From Reclinomonas americana ATCC 50394 (lineage: Eukaryota), in the NCBI GenBank assembly GCA_048213135.1, contig PS015124.1, positions 89,549 to 121,855 on the forward strand: a DNA stretch of 32,307 bases, read 5' to 3'. The first letter of the stretch is position 1; every line of letters starts with the position of its first letter. The position numbers and the translations under genes were made by a program. Below, one piece after another: positions 26,630 through 32,307 of the stretch. The notes below the pieces were generated by a model. That model saw only the letters and a list, made by a program, of their open reading frames with translations. It was not told the DNA's origin and made no database searches.

Positions 26630-27507
26630 CACCACCACCACCACCACACAACACAGAGACGATGCGACAGTCGCCACGTCGACCACGACTTCACTCTCTG
26701 CACAACTACTACCAAAACGACCCACGACCTTCCCTTTCGTCNNNNNNNNNNNNNNNNNNNNNNNNNNNNNNNNNNNNNNNNNNNNNNNNNNNNNNNNNNN
26801 NNNNNNNNNNNNNNNNNNNNNNNNNNNNNNNNNNNNNNNNNNNNNNNNNNNNNNNNNNNNNNNNNNNNNNNNNNNNNNNNNNNNNNNNNNNNNNNNNNNN
26901 NNNNNNNNNNNNNNNNNNNNNNNNNNNNNNNNNNNNNNNNNNNNNNNNNNNNNNNNNNNNNNNNNNNNNNNNNNNNNNNNNNNNNNNNNNNNNNNNNNNN
27001 NNNNNNNNNNNNNNNNNNNNNNNNNNNNNNNNNNNNNNNNNNNNNNNNNNNNNNNNNNNNNNNNNNNNNNNNNNNNNNNNNNNNNNNNNNNNNNNNNNNN
27101 NNNNNNNNNNNNNNNNNNNNNNNNNNNNNNNNNNNNNNNNNNNNNNNNNNNNNNNNNNNNNNNNNNNNNNNNNNNNNNNNNNNNNNNNNNNNNNNNNNNN
27201 NNNNNNNNNNNNNNNNNNNNNNNNNNNNNNNNNNNNNNNNNNNNNNNNNNNNNNNNNNNNNNNNNNNNNNNNNNNNNNNNNNNNNNNNNNNNNNNNNNNN
27301 NNNNNNNNNNNNNNNNNNNNNNNNNNNNNNNNNNNNNNNNNNNNNNNNNNNNNNNNNNNNNNNNNNNNNNNNNNNNNNNNNNNNNNNNNNNNNNNNNNNN
27401 NNNNNNNNNNNNNCGACGTACGTCCACGTCGTACCGACCGACGTACTACTCTCTCGCACAACTACTCCTAAACGAACCGTACGACCCTTTCCGTTTCGTT
27501 CTCGTCG

Positions 27508-27552
<45 letters not shown>

Positions 27553-28325
27553 CTCAACAGATCAGCATCAGCGACGCGTGAACAGCAAGCCGAGTCAGCC
27601 GCTGCACGAACGCGAATGCATGCACGAGTCCTCTCCTTGTCCTCTCTCTCTCTCTTTCTTCAACGTCACCAGCAAGAGCAACCTTGCGTAGAGCGTCTCT
27701 GCACTATCTGCAACACCAATGCCACCAACAAACAAGAGAGTCTGGAAGACCCTTGCTCTCTTGACTTTATCTCCATTCCATCTCCCTCTCGCCCCAACAT
27801 CAACAACAGTCTGTGCACGATCGTAGATTGCATACCCTTCTCCCTCCTCTCTCCCTCTCCCTCTCCCTCTCCCTTGGCCACCCACCTTGATCAGCGGCCT
27901 CACAGCACTCAGCGCCTCGGCGGTCCCCGATCCATCCGGCACCGCCTGTGTGATGATCTCCAGTCCACCCACATACGACTCGCCAAAGTACCGATGAAAG
28001 TGCTCCGCTTGCGACACCGTGAACACCACAATCACCTCTGCGAAGAACAGAAAGAGAAGAGTGAGGCCATGGTCACTCACATCTCTCCCTCCGACACACA
28101 AGCACACTTTCATCCTCTTGCCTCGCACACATGCAGAGATAAACACACACACTCTCTTTCACACACAAGCGCACCTTCAAAGCCCGACATCTCCAGCAGC
28201 GCCAGCGGGTAATGCAACATGGGCACTGTTCCGATCGGCAACAGACACTTGGGCAGCTCCTCATTCAAGGGCGCCAGACGGGTGCCCTCGCCACCGGCCA
28301 ACACAACCGCCTGGAACTCCTTCAT
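24844..28325 (-). CDS. EIF2B3: Translation initiation factor eIF2B subunit gamma
   Basis: MKEFQAVVLAGGEGTRLAPLNEELPKCLLPIGTVPMLHYPLALLEMSGFE|EVIVV...GTAEALSAVRPLIK|MDVMVISGDLVTDVFLHRFADVHR...DAFFYIFAPWALDLL...SLKHDLVPLLVRRQF...RCYTY, with a C-terminal hexapeptide-like CKIHNCIISGKVRV. Part of the left-handed beta-helix lies in the gap 25084-25176. The stop is at 24844 (spliced) or 24831 (unspliced). Confidence 0.9.
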
Positions 28326-28396
28326 TCCTCGCAAGTCACACACAGAAGAGTCGTGATTTCGTCGATCCGATCACCCGCGCTTTCAGTGCGTTACCA

Positions 28397-28594
28397 ATGG
28401 CGTCATCGTCGCTCGCTTCACCGCCCTCTGTGGTACAGTTCCACGAGGAAGGTAACACGTTGTTGTTGTCTCCCCCTACTTTCTCTGCCTCCTCCCACTG
28501 AGCGTGTGCGCGCAGCGTTTCGCGAGGCCGAAGAGTTTGGTGCGTTGATTCTGTGTGACCTCCCTTCCTCCTCGCATCGCACTCTGTGCTGAAC

Positions 28595-28653
<59 letters not shown>

Positions 28654-31600
28654 GCAGAGGACCTGCGCAAGGTTTTTGCTCGGGCGTGCGACACCACCGA
28701 TGAGACGGGTGGCTTGACACGCATCAGTCGTCGTGTGTTCAAGCAGTCGATGATTGGCTGGCAGCTGGCGGCCGACACGACCGACGATCACAAGATGTTC
28801 GAGTCGATGTTCATGTCGCTGCTGAAGAATCGACCGAGTTGCGCCACCCTTCCCACAATCGCAGATTTCTGTGCGCTGACAACTGCGCGCAGGCTTCAAG
28901 TTCAAGCACTTTGTGACAGCCATCAAGCAGCTGGTGGCTCGCAAGTACCCTGGTGTCGACATGGATATTGCGTTCCGCGAGGTGCTGGTCACCAATATTC
29001 TCAAGACGCTGGACGTCGACCAAGGTAACCCGCCACACTTTTTGTCCAATCCCGTCACTTGTGCGCTCATCTCCACGGGTATGCAGGCATTCCCGGTCAC
29101 GATGATCCCGAGGTTCTGGATGTGCTCTCCGAGTACCGCCGCTGCCTTCGACGAGTTACTCCTGCGTGCGCCCCCCTTGGCCACCATCACCCTCGTGTCT
29201 CACATGCAGGCGCAGATCTTTGACGGCTACGCCGTCGACAATGTCGTCATCCCGAACGCACAGTACGTGAACGACGGCGAGGACCGCGACTGGACGCCCG
29301 ACATGTTCATGAAGTTCTGGAAGGACTTCAACGTCTTTCCTGGCCTACTCTCCAAGTCCGAGCTGGCCAAGGTTCCTTCCAGCCTCTGTTGGCAGTGTGG
29401 ATCCTCACTGACAGCGCTCTCCTTCACGCAGGTGTGGAAGCTGGCCAATGTGGGCGACCAGTCCGACGACAACCCGTTCGAGCTCAGCTACGATGAGTTC
29501 ACCGAAGCGTTTGCACGTGTGGCACTCTCCTCGTACACCACGGGCCCGCTCTCCAAGAAGCACGTTGCGTTTTCCCGGCGATTCACACACATCCCCTCCC
29601 CCGTGAGCCACACTGACACTCTCGCGCGCTCACACACAGGCCGAGAAACTGCCGTACCAAAAAGTTCTGCTGCTCATCCAGTTCATCGACAAGACCTACA
29701 AGCGTCTCACGGGCAAGGTATGCATGAGCGCCATGATTCGTCTTGCCTGCTCTCACGTACGACTTGCATGCACAGGCAATGGACGAGGAGCGATTGCCGG
29801 TGGAGTCGAGCCTTTCTCGCGTACCCACAGTCACCAAGTTGGTCAGCGTGACAGTCCTTCTTTCATGTGCTCGATATGGTGTTGAAGTTGCTTTCCTCAC
29901 TCGGCTCTCTCTCCTTCAGTCCCCGGCCACTGGTCCGTTTAGTGGCGGCTACCACGTGGTGGTCAGTGGACGCGGCTTCGATGTACGGCGTATCGCACAG
30001 CCCACCTGTCGTATCCTGTACCGAGAGACAGCTGGCGTCGTCACCGTTCCCGTGCGCGTCAACACCGACGGCGAAGCGCTCCTCGTGGTACTTGCTTTTT
30101 GTTTTTGCATAGCTTGGTGTGCGCCACTGGTTGTCCGCTGACTGTCTCACAGATGCCACCCTGCGCTCAAGAGGGCCGAGTGAAGAACATGCTGACTCCG
30201 GCTACTGCGCTCTCCAGCCTCGCCACCCTGCGCATCCTCCGCGAAGAAGAGGCCAAACTCAGCTTCAGCAACGATGGCGCCACGTTCGCCCTCGAGGAAC
30301 TCATCTTTGCGTACCAAGGTGCGCCGAGCAAGCCAGCTTAAATCATTTGGTTCTTGCTGTACAGATTCTCAACACGCACAACGCAGAGGACATTGGACCG
30401 CTGCACTTGACCACAGCCACGCTCAGTTGCGCCACCACCGCTGCTTCCTCTCTCCTCCACTGCGCTCACCTGTTCTTGTGCATGCTCCTCAGACGACCTG
30501 CGAAAAACGTTTGTAATGCTTACCACACGCACCGATGCGTACAACTTTGACTTTCTCTTCGAGGATGGTTGGACGGCGTTCTGCGACGAATTGCTGCAGG
30601 TGCCACCCACCGACTGGACCCGCCGCTGCTTCAGCGAGTGCGGAAGCATTCACGAAAAGAGTTGCGCTTCCGAGTGTGTCCTGGACCGCGTGGCACGCAC
30701 ACACGCGACCTCACCGCACGCACTGCTCCTGGTCTCGCACAGGTCCAAAGCGAGAAACTGCGCTGTCGTTCACCGAATTCGTTGGAGCCTCGGTGGCACT
30801 GGTGTATCGCATTCAGTTGCCGGCGCTGTCCGAACCGGACGTGACAGATGCCAATACCAGACTGCAGCAACTCGTGGACGAGGCACTGGGCTCGGCCATT
30901 GGTCGACTGGCAGTTGCGCATGCACGCACACACACTCACGCACACTGCACGCAACTCTTGTGTGATCTAATGCCATGCGTGCGTCCAGGCCACAAGCAAG
31001 GCGCGCGCTCGTCAAATCAAGCGGCAGCTCTTCGATCCATCCCAGTTGGGCCTGCTGCAGGAGCGCTCACTGGACGTGTACGTTGGTCCANNNNNNNNNN
31101 NNNNNNNNNNNNNNNNNNNNNNNNNNNNNNNNNNNNNNNNNNNNNNNNNNNNNNNNNNNNNNNNNNNNNNNNNNNNNNNNNNNNNNNNNNNNNNNNNNNN
31201 NNNNNNNNNNNNNNNNNNNNNNNNNNNNNNNNNNNNNNNNNNNNNNNNNNNNNNNNNNNNNNNNNNNNNNNNNNNNNNNNNNNNNNNNNNNNNNNNNNNN
31301 NNNNNNNNNNNNNNNNNNNNNNNNNNNNNNNNNNNNNNNNNNNNNNNNNNNNNNNNNNNNNNNNNNNNNNNNNNNNNNNNNNNNNNNNNNNNNNNNNNNN
31401 NNNNNNNNNNNNNNNNNNNNNNNNNNNNNNNNNCTAGTGGTGGGGCGTATCACCGAAAAAGCCGGGGCTATGTCCGTCAGCTTCCGTCCCACCCCAGCCA
31501 TCTCGTCGCACCCGTTTTTGCGCAAGCCCCAGTTTCGTGCCATATTGTTATTTGTTCGCTTCTCGCCTGCCACCGACTTTGCCCCCCACACGGCAGGCGA

Positions 31601-32166
31601 TGGACAGTGGTCGTGTATGCGCCAGAGCACTTTCGCACATTCGTGGAGGTGATTGAGAATGGCGAGACGTGGACCGATGCGATTCATCACATGTTGAGCC
31701 TCGGTTTCGACTTTGCGGCCCCGGAGGACGTGGAGTCACGGTCACTCGTCGGCCGCTGCTGGCGGTGAGACTTACACAAGCTTTCTCCCTACTTTTTGCA
31801 TGCGTCTCACCCGCGAATTCGATCAGGCTGTATCGACAGAAGATGCTGCTCGGATGCTGCTGGGACTATCCCGGCAAGTTTGCCACTCTCGACTGGCAGC
31901 CGACTCCCATGCAACTGGATCATCCACGATGTACAATGACCGTGTACACGCTCACCCACGTGGTGGACTCGGAGGTGTGAGGCGATGCTGCTGCTTGTTG
32001 CCTCGTTGCTTCCTCGTCGCTCACTCACCTCATGCTGCAGAACGGTGAAACTGTGGCGCAACTGCTGACCGACATTTATCGCGTGTTCATCAAGTCGCCC
32101 TCCATCCGCGAGGTCCGAGACCTCTTGTCGCAGAGTGGAATCATGTGCAGAACGCACATCATGTAA
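28397..32166 (+). CDS. Uncharacterised ~18-exon protein with EF-hand-like helical segments and an IPT/TIG-like domain
   Basis: In-phase GT-AG exons give EDLRKVFARAC..., VLSEYRRCLRR|IFDGYA...FMKFWKDFNVFPGLLSKSELAK|VWKLAN...ELSYDEFTEAFARVA (EF-hand-like) and PTVTKL|SPATGPFSGGYHVVVSGRGF...LSFSNDGATF...IFAY (IPT/TIG: SPxxGPxxGG...V.G.GF...SNDG), later LSFTEFVGA. The stop TAA is at 32164-32166. Continuity across the gap 31091-31433 is assumed. Confidence 0.7.
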
Positions 32167-32307
32167 AGAAGGCATACAAACACACGTCTTGTTGCGACTT
32201 TCATTACTATTCTTCTCGATCCACACACAAACATCGGCGTGGGAGAAAAAACACACATACTATTCAACGATTATATACACGAGGGGAGAGACAAGGTGGT
32301 GCTGGTG

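Overview
Eukaryotic nuclear DNA, most likely from a GC-rich, intron-dense protist; the taxon cannot be identified from this window. It is a draft assembly with nine N gaps. By manual splicing I reconstruct nine compact multi-exon protein genes: a partial C2-like protein (-), a TTI2-like protein (-), mitochondrial GUF1/EF-4 (+), Peter Pan/SSF1 (-), an AF4/FMR2(AFF)-like low-complexity protein (+), an orphan 7-8 TM protein (-), the p23/Sba1 co-chaperone (+), eIF2B-gamma (-) and an EF-hand-like/IPT-TIG protein (+). Eight of them sit in four tight head-to-head pairs. Most introns are about 55-100 nt GT-AG; the few long ones are filled with microsatellites or ~130-160 bp tandem repeats. Main surprises: (1) about 23 of ~82 inferred introns use a +1-shifted donor (mostly GTTGCG) that never has G at exon -1 and usually has A, the signature of shifted or bulged U1 pairing; (2) an apparently non-coding spliced transcript at ~19.95-20.85 kb carries an intronic SNORD74/snR64-type C/D snoRNA and a second snoRNA-like element clamped by a perfect 23-bp stem; (3) a candidate protist AFF/super-elongation-complex scaffold. 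All gene models and counts are by eye, without cDNA or database support.
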